From an uncultured Acidobacteriaceae bacterium (GTDB lineage: Bacteria > Acidobacteriota > Terriglobia > Terriglobales > Acidobacteriaceae): 64,000 nt of DNA. Location: assembly GCA_963757205.1 (NCBI GenBank), contig CAVWQM010000005.1, positions 78,558-142,557 on the forward strand, read 5' to 3'. Both the position numbers and the translations under genes were made by a program. A model generated the notes under the pieces. The model was not told where the DNA came from. It saw only the letters and a list, made by a program, of their open reading frames with translations, and ran no database searches. This document shows positions 19,294-28,923 of this stretch, piece after piece. Position 1 is the first letter of the stretch. Every line of letters starts with the position of its first letter.

Positions 19294-19989
19294 ATGAAGT
19301 TCGGCGTTCTCGTCTTCCCAGGGTCCAATTGCGACCACGATACTCATCATGTTGTCGATGCGATTGCGCGACAGCCGGCGACGTATCTTTGGCATGCGTC
19401 GGAGGATCTGCAGGGATGCGATGCGATTCTCGTTCCCGGCGGCTTCGCCTATGGCGACTATCTGCGAACGGGAGCGATTGCGAAGTTCGCTCCGGTGATG
19501 CAGTCCGTGGCCAAATTTGCCGGAGGGGGTGGACTGGTTCTCGGAATTTGCAATGGCTTCCAGATTCTTTGTGAGGCGGGGCTGTTGCCCGGAGCGCTGA
19601 TGCGGAATGCCAGCCAGAACTACATCTGCAAGCAGACGTTCTTACGGACCGAGACGGTCGATTCACCGTTTACACATGGACTGACGCGGGGGCAGGTGTT
19701 GCAGATGCCGATTGGGCACATGGAAGGCAACTACTTCTGCGATGCCGAGACGCTGGCAGCGCTGAAGGCGGAGGACCGCATCGCGTTTCGCTACGCTACG
19801 CCGGAGGGTGCGGTGACGGCGAAGGCGAATCCGAATGGGTCGCTTGAGAATATTGCCGGCGTGTTGAATGAGGGGCGCAACGTTCTGGGGATGATGCCGC
19901 ACCCGGATCGGTCCAGCGAGGCGCTGCTGGGGTCTGCGGACGGCCTGCTGCTGTTCCAGGCGATGGCGGAGGCGCTGGCAGCAAGGTAG
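19294..19989 (+). CDS. purQ: Phosphoribosylformylglycinamidine synthase subunit PurQ (glutaminase)
   Basis: [17 protein letters not shown]-terminus, nucleophile motif GICNGFQ, MPHPDR near the C-terminus. ATG at 19294 is preferred over the ORF track start at 19189. Confidence 0.9.
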   Translation: MKFGVLVFPGSNCDHDTHHVVDAIARQPATYLWHASEDLQGCDAILVPGGFAYGDYLRTGAIAKFAPVMQSVAKFAGGGGLVLGICNGFQILCEAGLLPGALMRNASQNYICKQTFLRTETVDSPFTHGLTRGQVLQMPIGHMEGNYFCDAETLAALKAEDRIAFRYATPEGAVTAKANPNGSLENIAGVLNEGRNVLGMMPHPDRSSEALLGSADGLLLFQAMAEALAAR

Positions 19990-20031
19990 GTGCCCCGGTT
20001 GGCGCTGGCTCGGTGGTAACCTGACTACGCG

Positions 20032-20823
20032 ATGATTGATATTCACCATCACCTTCTGTGGGGCATGGACGATGGTGCTTCGGACCTGAAGACTTCAGTC
20101 GCCATGGCGAAGGCCGCTGCCGCCGATGGGATTTCTCATATTGTGTGTTCGCCGCATGCGAATGGAACATACGCCTATGAACCCCGGGTGATTGCAGAAA
20201 AGATCGCCGAGTTGCAGCGGTTGCTGGATCGTGAGGCGATTGCCGTGAAGTTGGGCCGCGGATGCGACTTTCACATGTCGTACGAAAATATTCAGGAGGC
20301 AAAGCTCGATCCGGCAAAGTACAGCATCAACGGATTGGGGTACCTGCTGGTGGAGATTCCTGACTATGGGATTTCGCATGGTCTGACGGAGATCTTTTAC
20401 CAGTTGCAGCTTGCCGGATTAATACCGATCCTGACGCACCCGGAACGCAACGCGACACTGCAAGCCGACCGGCCACGGATGATGGACTGGCTGCGCGGCG
20501 GAGTGCTGGTCCAGGTGACGGCGGGTTCTGTTGTGGGCCGGATGGGGAAACATGCCGAGCGCATGGCGCATGATCTGCTGGCGAACCGCTGGGTGCATTT
20601 CCTCGCGACTGATGCCCACAATACGACGTCGCGTCCGCCAAAGATGCGTGAGGCGTTCGATGTCGTGGCAAAGAAATATGGGCCCGATTACGCGCATCTT
20701 CTGTGCGTCTCGAACCCTTTGGCCGCTTTCCTGGGTAAGCCGCTGCAGCCGCAACCTGAACCGCTCGATCTCTACGAAGAATTCAAGGAGAAGAGTTGGT
20801 GGCAGAGAGTGATGGGGCAGTAG
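20032..20823 (+). CDS. CpsB/CapC/YwqE-type PHP-domain protein-tyrosine phosphatase
   Basis: MIDIHHHLLWGMDDG and SPHAN metal-binding motifs, HPERN, TDAH; 263 aa. Confidence 0.8.
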   Translation: MIDIHHHLLWGMDDGASDLKTSVAMAKAAAADGISHIVCSPHANGTYAYEPRVIAEKIAELQRLLDREAIAVKLGRGCDFHMSYENIQEAKLDPAKYSINGLGYLLVEIPDYGISHGLTEIFYQLQLAGLIPILTHPERNATLQADRPRMMDWLRGGVLVQVTAGSVVGRMGKHAERMAHDLLANRWVHFLATDAHNTTSRPPKMREAFDVVAKKYGPDYAHLLCVSNPLAAFLGKPLQPQPEPLDLYEEFKEKSWWQRVMGQ

Positions 20824-20835
20824 TTCTTCCAAAGA

Positions 20836-21573
20836 TTAGAGGCCGAGGCCGCCGTCTACGGCGAGCAACTGGCCGGTAATAAAGTGGGGAGCTGTGGCGA
20901 AGAAGACGGCGGCGGCGGCTATGTCGTCGGCTGTGCCGTTGCGCTGCATTGGCGTCTTGCGCGCGAAGTGTTCGTAGGCTTCTTCCACCTCGCCCTGAAC
21001 GATCATGCCGGGGGCGATGCAGTTGACGCTGATCTCGGGTGCCCAGGCCTTGGCCATGGTCTTCGAGAGCATGTGGAGGGCGGCCTTGGAGGTACAGTAG
21101 TGGGCGTGGGTGGCCCAGGGGTGCAGGCCGCCGAGGGAGCCGATGTTCAGGATGCGGCCTCGCGCGGCACGGAGGTGCGTGTGCGCGGCTTTGGCCATCA
21201 GGAAAGGGGCGCGAGTGTTGGTGGCGAACATCGCATCCCACTGCTCGACGGAGATGTGTTCGAGCGCTTCGGACTCGAAGACACCGGCGTTGTTGACGAG
21301 GAGATCGAGTTGGCCGAACTCTTCAATGACAGACGCCATCGTCTGCTCGATGCTCTCGGGGTCGCGCAGATCACAGCGGACGGCCAGTGCATCGACGTCG
21401 AGGGCGGCCAGCGCGTGAACAGTCTCCTCCGCCTCGGGCTGGGAGCCCAGGAAGGTGATTGCGACGTTCGCTCCTCGTTCGGCGAGGGCGAGGGCGATTG
21501 CACGGCCGATTCGCCTGGCTGCTCCGGTAACGAGCACGGTCTTTCCCTGTAGCAGCTTGTCCATGGATACCAA
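20836..21573 (-). CDS. SDR family oxidoreductase (classical short-chain dehydrogenase)
   Basis: TGAARRIGRAIA cofactor motif, NNAG, YCTSKAAL (YxxxK); 245 aa. Confidence 0.85.
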   Translation of the reverse strand: MVSMDKLLQGKTVLVTGAARRIGRAIALALAERGANVAITFLGSQPEAEETVHALAALDVDALAVRCDLRDPESIEQTMASVIEEFGQLDLLVNNAGVFESEALEHISVEQWDAMFATNTRAPFLMAKAAHTHLRAARGRILNIGSLGGLHPWATHAHYCTSKAALHMLSKTMAKAWAPEISVNCIAPGMIVQGEVEEAYEHFARKTPMQRNGTADDIAAAAVFFATAPHFITGQLLAVDGGLGL

Positions 21574-21583
21574 TCGGGAGCGG

Positions 21584-22141
21584 TTACTGTTTTGGCGTGG
21601 TGTTCGAAGAGTTGGGCGGCTGCGGAGGCGTCACTGGGGGGGCGGGCTTGGCGGCTGGTGTCGTAGGCCGCATCGGCTCCTGAACGCCGGGCTTTCTGGT
21701 CGCGGCCTTGCCCTGATTGTCCTCGTAGGACGAGATTTGCTCCTGCGGCCTGATCATCGAGATCGAAATCTCACGAGAGGGCTCTTTCACTTCGTAGTCT
21801 TCCGCGTAGGTGGCGAAGCCGGTCGCGATGACCTGCACACGCACGGTGCTGCCTGTGGGAATCAGGTCGATACTCGCCTTGCCGTCGGGGTCAGTCTTGA
21901 CCTCGAGGTTGCCCTGATCTTTCCCGTCCATGGTCGCATCGAAGATGACGGCAGCGTTGCTGATGGGCTTGCCGTTGAACTTCTTCAGGACCGTGACTTC
22001 GATATGGGACGTGGGTGGTGGCGCTTTGTACTTTCGGCCGCGTTTGACGGGAGCATCCTGCGCGAAGGCGGAAAGGCAGGACACGAGGACGAGGCAAAGG
22101 AGAAGGGCGAATTGAGACACGCGGATACGGCGTAACAGCAT
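21584..22141 (-). CDS. Secreted carboxypeptidase-regulatory-like (beta-sandwich) domain protein with Pro-rich tail
   Basis: Signal peptide FALLLCLVLVSCLSAFAQ. CarboxypepD_reg-like strand pattern (VIFDATMDGKDQGNLEVKTDPDGKASIDLIPTGSTVRVQVIATGF). Its stop is 10 nt upstream of the SDR gene start, so an operon is likely. Confidence 0.55.
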   Translation of the reverse strand: MLLRRIRVSQFALLLCLVLVSCLSAFAQDAPVKRGRKYKAPPPTSHIEVTVLKKFNGKPISNAAVIFDATMDGKDQGNLEVKTDPDGKASIDLIPTGSTVRVQVIATGFATYAEDYEVKEPSREISISMIRPQEQISSYEDNQGKAATRKPGVQEPMRPTTPAAKPAPPVTPPQPPNSSNTTPKQ

Positions 22142-22243
22142 GTTGACATTTTACGACGTTTTTGAAGCAAGCTCGTTGTTGGGGGAGGCACTTCGGGCGG
22201 GTGATGCCTTGCGTGAGTTTCACTCACATTTCACACTGCGGAT

Positions 22244-22272
22244 TTGACATACTGGTTCAGGCTTGATTATCG
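22244..22272 (+). promoter_or_regulatory. Putative sigma-70-type promoter of groESL
   Basis: TTGACA at 22244-22249. The candidate -10 GATTAT at 22265-22270 gives a 15-nt spacer, which is short. It lies directly upstream of the CIRCE element. Confidence 0.35.
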
Positions 22273-22299
22273 TTAGCAATCGGGAGGCCTGAGTGCTAA
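22273..22299 (+). promoter_or_regulatory. CIRCE operator (HrcA binding site)
   Basis: TTAGCAATC-N9-GAGTGCTAA against the consensus TTAGCACTC-N9-GAGTGCTAA, one mismatch. It lies 162 nt upstream of groES. Confidence 0.85.
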
Positions 22300-22460
22300 C
22301 GGCAGGTTGAGACGCTCAAGCGGGCCGGGCCAAGGCCGATTCCACACCATTTTGCGGCTGGGAGCAGAGAGGTTGACTGGCCTTGTCGCGCAATACAACG
22401 CGGACGGTTCTCCGTTCGCCAAATCGCAACAGGAAATTTCGAAACAAGGAGATGCAAACA

Positions 22461-24532
<2,072 letters not shown>

Positions 24533-24557
24533 AAAAAGCTGCTTTCGCAAAAAAAGT

Positions 24558-24592
24558 GGGGCCCCGGAGAAATCCGGGGCTTTGCTGTTTTT
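24558..24592 (+). terminator. Intrinsic terminator of groESL
   Basis: GCCCCGG (24561-24567), AGAAAT loop, CCGGGGC (24574-24580), followed by TTTGCTGTTTTT. Confidence 0.8.
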
Positions 24593-24646
24593 CGGGCGTT
24601 TTTGAGGGGTGTTTTGGAAAAAGTGGGTGTTTTGAGGTGGTTTTTT

Positions 24647-24686
24647 GTGGTGATTTTGTGGTGGATTATGTGGTGAAACGTGGTGG
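24647..24686 (+). repeat. Helically phased GTGGTG motifs in a G+T-rich tract
   Basis: GTGGTG(G) occurs at 24647, 24658, 24670 and 24680 (spacing 11, 12 and 10 nt) inside a strongly G/T-skewed stretch at about 24590-24700. Confidence 0.6.
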
Positions 24687-24787
24687 ATTTGGGGGCGTTT
24701 TTTGGCAGCTAAAAATACGCCACGGATTTTGAAGTTTCTTGTGGAAATCTTGAGGCGAGGGCGAGAACTGCAACTACAGATCCCCCA

Positions 24788-24870
24788 TTCGACTTCGCTC
24801 AGGGCAGGCTCTGCGGGGATGACAACAAGAAAGGCAAAAGCAACGGCAACGGCAAACGCAAAGGCAACGG
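24788..24870 (+). repeat. Intergenic repeat: GCTCAGG-CAGGCTCT / GATGAC box followed by degenerate GGCAAC hexamer array
   Basis: TTCGACTTCGCTCAGGGCAGGCTCTGCGGGGATGACAAC resembles 32576-32650. It is followed by six degenerate hexamers (GGCAAA AGCAAC GGCAAC GGCAAA CGCAAA GGCAAC) at 24832-24867. Confidence 0.7.
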
Positions 24871-24896
24871 CCCTGAGGACGGCGGGCGGTTTACAT

Positions 24897-24935
24897 CCCA
24901 CCCTTAGCGATGAGACTGCTAAGGATGGGGCACCC
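24897..24935 (+). repeat. Hairpin repeat, copy 1 (CCCACCCTTAGC-GATGAGACT-GCTAAGGATGGGGCACCC)
   Basis: 12-bp stem with one C.A mismatch and a 9-nt loop. A second copy lies at 26141-26179 with compensatory stem changes. Confidence 0.8.
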
Positions 24936-24995
24936 GAATGGTTGGGGCTGGTGGAGCGAAGGGGTTAGGATGGCTGGTGTTGGGAGGTAGGGCTT

Positions 24996-26093
24996 ATGGG
25001 GTTGTCTCGGCGGGAGTTTTCGCGGCTTGGGGCGATGGGGTTGGCGGCTCGGATGCTGCCGTCGGTGGGAGTTGCGGCTCAGGGTGGTGAGCGGAAGATT
25101 GGGTATTGCGTGATTGGGCTGGGGACGATTGCGGACCACTTTATGCGCGGCATCCTGGTGAGTTCGAATTCGAAGATTTCGGGGCTGGTGAGCGGGCATC
25201 GGGACAAGGCGGAGCGGATTGCGACGCACTATGGGGTGCCGACGAGCTCGATTTACAGCTACGAGGATATGGACAGGATTCGTGACAATAAGTCGATCGA
25301 TGCGGTGTATGTTGCGCTGCCGAACAGCATGCATGCGGAGTACACGATCCGGTCGGCGAAGGCGGGCAAGCATGTGTTGTGCGAGAAGCCGATGTCGACG
25401 ACGGTGAAAGAGGCGGAGGACATGATCGCTGCATGCAAGGCGGCGAATGTGAAGCTGATGATTGCGTACCGGTTGCACTATGAGCCTTTGAACCTGAAGG
25501 CGGTGAAACTGATTCGGGGTGGGGCGCTGGGAGAGGTGCAGACGATCAATGGGGCGTTCGGTTTCGATGCCTCGCCGGGAGCGTGGAGGTTGAACAAGGC
25601 GCTGGCGGGGGGCGGATCGCTGTTCGATGTGGGAATTTATGTGTTGAACGCGAGCCGGTATCTGACCGGGGAGGAGCCGGTGAAGTTTACTGCGGTGACC
25701 TCGACGGTGGACAAGGATGGGCGGTTCGACACGGTGGAGGAGAACGTGTCGTGGACGACGAAGTTTCCTTCGGGCGTTGTGGCGACGGGCAGTTGTACGT
25801 ATGGGGCGCAGATGCCTGGGTACTTCAAGGTGTTCGGGTCGAAGGGGTGGATGGAGATGGCGCCGGCGTTCAACTATGACGGCTTGAGGTTGCGGGCCAG
25901 GTATTCGGCCGGGGGAAAAGGTACTCCAGATACCGAGATCGATGAGGCGAATCCGGAGAAGGACCCGTTGCAGTTTTCGCATGAGACGAACCACTTTTCG
26001 GAGTGCATTGTGAAGAACAGGACGCCGAAGAGTTCGGGCGAAGAGGGTCTGCTGGATATGAAGTATATCGAGCAGATTTATGCTTCCGCTTAG
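24996..26093 (+). CDS. Gfo/Idh/MocA family oxidoreductase with twin-arginine signal (glucose-fructose oxidoreductase-like)
   Basis: Tat-like N-terminus LSRREFSRLGAMGLAA. GLGTIADH Rossmann region, EKPM motif (CEKPMSTT), 365 aa. Confidence 0.85.
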   Translation: MGLSRREFSRLGAMGLAARMLPSVGVAAQGGERKIGYCVIGLGTIADHFMRGILVSSNSKISGLVSGHRDKAERIATHYGVPTSSIYSYEDMDRIRDNKSIDAVYVALPNSMHAEYTIRSAKAGKHVLCEKPMSTTVKEAEDMIAACKAANVKLMIAYRLHYEPLNLKAVKLIRGGALGEVQTINGAFGFDASPGAWRLNKALAGGGSLFDVGIYVLNASRYLTGEEPVKFTAVTSTVDKDGRFDTVEENVSWTTKFPSGVVATGSCTYGAQMPGYFKVFGSKGWMEMAPAFNYDGLRLRARYSAGGKGTPDTEIDEANPEKDPLQFSHETNHFSECIVKNRTPKSSGEEGLLDMKYIEQIYASA

Positions 26094-26120
26094 CGGATGG
26101 GGCCAGGTGCAGGAACGCGG

Positions 26121-26179
26121 TTCGCGCGGAGCGCGAATACCCCACCCTTCGTGATGAGACTACGAAGGATGGGGCACCC
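26121..26179 (+). repeat. Hairpin repeat, copy 2, preceded by a second small hairpin
   Basis: TTCGCGC-GGA-GCGCGAA (26121-26137), then CCCACCCTTCGT-GATGAGACT-ACGAAGGATGGGGCACCC (26141-26179). It begins 48 nt after the stop of the upstream gene. Confidence 0.8.
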
Positions 26180-26226
26180 GGCGAAGGATGGTCCTAGGTT
26201 GAGTTTGTTCGTCGCTTAGTGGTCGT

Positions 26227-27468
26227 CTATTGGTCGTTGCCTTCGGTCAAGTCTGCCGTTGCGGGTTTGAGGTAGCCGAAGAGGCCGCCCGTGCCTTTGT
26301 TGGGGCCTGCGGTGAAGTAGAGCTCAGAGCCGGGAGCGCCGGCGGAATCGTAGCTGCCGGGTGCGGAGTTGTTGGCTGGGGTAATGTCCCAGAGGCCGTT
26401 GATCGCGATGGTGTTTCCGTTGGCGTCCTGGAGCAGGCCTTTGAACTGTCCGGTGACGAGGTCATAGATGGCGATGGTTCCGCTGCCCTGGGTGGTGCCG
26501 CCACCGGCGAACTGGCCGACGAGGAGATCGTGGCTAAACGCACCGAAGTCCTGCGGAGCGAGGGATACTCCCCAGGGAGCGTTGAGCCAGTCGCCATGCT
26601 CGAGGCGCTGGAGAAGACGCCCCTTGGCGGTGAAGATGTCGACATAGCCAAGGCCTGGACCGTCTGTTTCGCGAGGCTGACCCTGCTGGTGGAGAGCATA
26701 GGTGACGACGATATCGTTGCCGACGGTCTGGACGTTGAAGGGAACGTAGTTGGGGGGGAGGAGACGATCGGTGAAGGCTTTATTGTTATCGCCGTTGTCG
26801 TTGTTGTTTTGATTCCCGTTGCCGTTGCCGTTGCCGTTGCCGTTGTTTTGATCCTGATCGTTCGGGTTGAGAGTTACAGGGTGAAAGTTGCTGTCGTAGA
26901 CGTCGACGCGGCCGTTGTTGAAGTTGGCTGCGTAGAGATAGCGGTTGCCGTCAACAAGGGCACTGGTGAGTCCGGTGTAGCTGGATCCGTCGGTTGTTTT
27001 GACTGCGATGACGGCATTGACGGAGGGAGCAGCGGCGCCGGGTGCGATGGCGACGTTAGGGTTCCATCCGGCGATCGCGCCGTCGAGGGTAGCGAAGAGG
27101 AAGCTGGAGGCAAAACCGCCCGGGAGGACGAAGTCGGTAGGTACGCTGTTGAAGATTGTTCCGGTGGGGGTGCCGGTGGGGAAGGTTTTGTTGTTGGGAT
27201 CGACTTTGGGGATGGTGACGATCAGGGAGTTTTTGACGCCGGCTCCGTTGAAGAGGGTGCTGAGGCCGGTGCCGTTATCGGAGATCCACCAGGGACTGGA
27301 GGAGCTGCGGGACAGGCCCCAGGGGTTGATAAGGGTCGGGTCGGTGACGGGAGCGACGCCGGAGGTGTTAGAGACGAGGTTGACTTGGGTGTAGTGCTGT
27401 CCAAAGGCGACAGAGGATAGTGACAAGGCCAGCGATATGCCGCTGGTCACGCGCAGAAACGACTTCAT
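26227..27468 (-). CDS. TIGR03118-like secreted beta-propeller protein
   Basis: Signal peptide MKSFLRVTSGISLALSLSSVAFGQ. The motif NLVSNTSGVAPVTDPTLINPWGLSRSSSSPWWISDNGTGLSTLFNGAG is typical of the TIGR03118 family. ATG at 27468 with AGGAGA upstream is preferred over the ORF track start at 27597. Confidence 0.75.
   Translation of the reverse strand: MKSFLRVTSGISLALSLSSVAFGQHYTQVNLVSNTSGVAPVTDPTLINPWGLSRSSSSPWWISDNGTGLSTLFNGAGVKNSLIVTIPKVDPNNKTFPTGTPTGTIFNSVPTDFVLPGGFASSFLFATLDGAIAGWNPNVAIAPGAAAPSVNAVIAVKTTDGSSYTGLTSALVDGNRYLYAANFNNGRVDVYDSNFHPVTLNPNDQDQNNGNGNGNGNGNQNNNDNGDNNKAFTDRLLPPNYVPFNVQTVGNDIVVTYALHQQGQPRETDGPGLGYVDIFTAKGRLLQRLEHGDWLNAPWGVSLAPQDFGAFSHDLLVGQFAGGGTTQGSGTIAIYDLVTGQFKGLLQDANGNTIAINGLWDITPANNSAPGSYDSAGAPGSELYFTAGPNKGTGGLFGYLKPATADLTEGNDQ
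26815..26844 (-). repeat. Hexanucleotide microsatellite (GCCGTT)4-5 inside the CDS, encoding an (NG)n run
   Basis: CCCGTT followed by four perfect GCCGTT units. It translates on the minus strand to NGNGNGNGNG within an N/D/Q/G-rich insertion. Confidence 0.9.
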
Positions 27469-27740
27469 AGCAAGCTCTCCTGTGGCTGTGAGTCCCCGCA
27501 GATTTAGTACGGACAGTGCAGACCAGCGGTGCAGATGCTGGAAGGCGGAATTAAGCGGCAGGCGGGGAAGGAAACTGCGCTTGGAAATCCTCAGCAAGCG
27601 TAGTGGGGTCAGCCCGGGTTGATGTCACGACTTCGTCAGTGTCTTCGTCATCGCTTGTGAAAAGTTAAGAGGATAAATTTGGTTGCCTCGAGACTGTTGC
27701 AGCTTGAAGAATTTCGTGGACTTAGGCGTAACTGGACTGA

Positions 27741-27783
27741 GCAAAAAAGAGACGGCGGCATCTTCATAGGGAAGATGCCGCCG
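27741..27783 (-). terminator. Intrinsic terminator downstream of ORF 27811-28767
   Basis: CGGCGGCATCTTC (27753-27765) pairs with GAAGATGCCGCCG (27771-27783). On the minus strand it is followed by TCTCTTTTTT (plus-strand A-run 27743-27748). Confidence 0.85.
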
Positions 27784-27810
27784 TGGTTATGGTTCTTTCG
27801 ATGAGTGTGA

Positions 27811-28767
27811 TTATTGCAGAACGATGGTGCCGGGGCGGACCTCCTGCGGGGCGTTGACTTTGGTCTTGGGTAGTGTGCTGGAGGCTTTGAGGGTGACCAT
27901 CTTCTTGCTGCCGTCGACGGGGAAGGTTGCGACGTAGGTCTCGGCGATGGCGTTCTGGAATTGCTTGAGGAACGGGGCGAGGGAGACGGGGCTGCCGGTG
28001 CCCTGGTAGTAGGTTGCGCCACCGGTTCCCTGCGCGACCTGCTGGAGATAGCTTTGGCCGCTGAAGCTGCCACGGCCACGGCCGAAGCCTACTTCGTTGT
28101 AGTAAATGGAGTAGACGGGGACGCCGGCGCGCTGGGCGTCAGTGATGGCGGCGGCAACGTAGGGGCTGTCCTGGTTGGTGATGCTGGTGCTGCCGTTGTA
28201 GGGATCAACGCCGTTGGTGATCATGAGGACGATGCGGGCCTTGTGGGTGGGCTGCTCTGACTGTGGGCCGGACTGGTTTTCTGCGTTGGAGGGCCAGTTC
28301 TTGACGAAGTCAGAGAGGCAGAAGTAGGGGCTGGCGCTGGCGCCGCGAATGCCCATGGGCAGGCGCAGGCTCTGTGCGGCAGCGGCGCGGTCTGTGGTGA
28401 AGCCGGGCATTTCGCTGGCAGAGACGACGCGGCCATTCTGCATGAAGCCGACGAAGACCTCGGTTCCCTGGGGCAGGCTGGTGAGGAAGGCCTTGAGGTT
28501 ATTCAACTCGCCGCCGATGCTGGTGCGGAGACCGTCGTCGATGAGGAGAGCGACCTGAGCGCCGTTGGGCGGGATGGGGGCGAGGCTGAGGAGGTTGGTG
28601 TTGCGGTTGTCGACCTTGAGGGTGATGTCTTTCGCGGTGGCGGAGACTGGGGTCTTGGAGTCGAAGGAGACCAGAGCCTGGGTGGAAGTGGCAGCTTCTT
28701 GAGAGAGAGCAGTGAGGCCGGGGAGGGCAAGTGCGAAGAGTGTCAGTGCAAGGATGCGTTTCGTCAT
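27811..28767 (-). CDS. Secreted VWA-like hypothetical protein
   Basis: Signal peptide ILALTLFALALPGLTALSQ. VWA-like strand pattern (VALLIDDG, RIVLMITNGVD, GVPVYSIYY) without a clear DxSxS MIDAS motif. Located downstream of the TBDR gene on the same strand. Confidence 0.55.
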   Translation of the reverse strand: MTKRILALTLFALALPGLTALSQEAATSTQALVSFDSKTPVSATAKDITLKVDNRNTNLLSLAPIPPNGAQVALLIDDGLRTSIGGELNNLKAFLTSLPQGTEVFVGFMQNGRVVSASEMPGFTTDRAAAAQSLRLPMGIRGASASPYFCLSDFVKNWPSNAENQSGPQSEQPTHKARIVLMITNGVDPYNGSTSITNQDSPYVAAAITDAQRAGVPVYSIYYNEVGFGRGRGSFSGQSYLQQVAQGTGGATYYQGTGSPVSLAPFLKQFQNAIAETYVATFPVDGSKKMVTLKASSTLPKTKVNAPQEVRPGTIVLQ

Positions 28768-28923
28768 GGGCGTTCCTTCCTTCTAGTGGATTAGACGCAG
28801 GAGAGGGCCGTGACGGTGCGGGAAGATATACCGCAAGTTACAGAAAAAAGACAAGTTTTTGGTCGGCGAGGAATGTCTTTTTGGTTAAACACGAGTTATG
28901 GGATTTTGATGCGCGGAGGCGGC

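Noticed and set aside
22373-22378. TTGACT downstream of CIRCE, considered as the groES promoter -35 box
   Set aside because: There is no acceptable -10 hexamer at 16-18 nt spacing. The TTGACA at 22244 upstream of CIRCE fits the usual promoter-then-CIRCE order better.
24702-24968. 88-aa ORF (and 26003-26197, 64 aa) ending in ...PTL(S/R)DET(A/T)KDGAP...
   Set aside because: The shared peptide is explained by the hairpin repeat. The differences between the copies are exactly the compensatory stem changes, so selection acts on the nucleic-acid structure rather than the peptide. Neither ORF has a ribosome-binding site.
26230-27420. 396-aa plus-strand ORF
   Set aside because: It is antisense to the TIGR03118-like gene, which has a signal peptide, ribosome-binding site and family motifs. 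The antisense product is Gly/Val/Ala/Glu low complexity.
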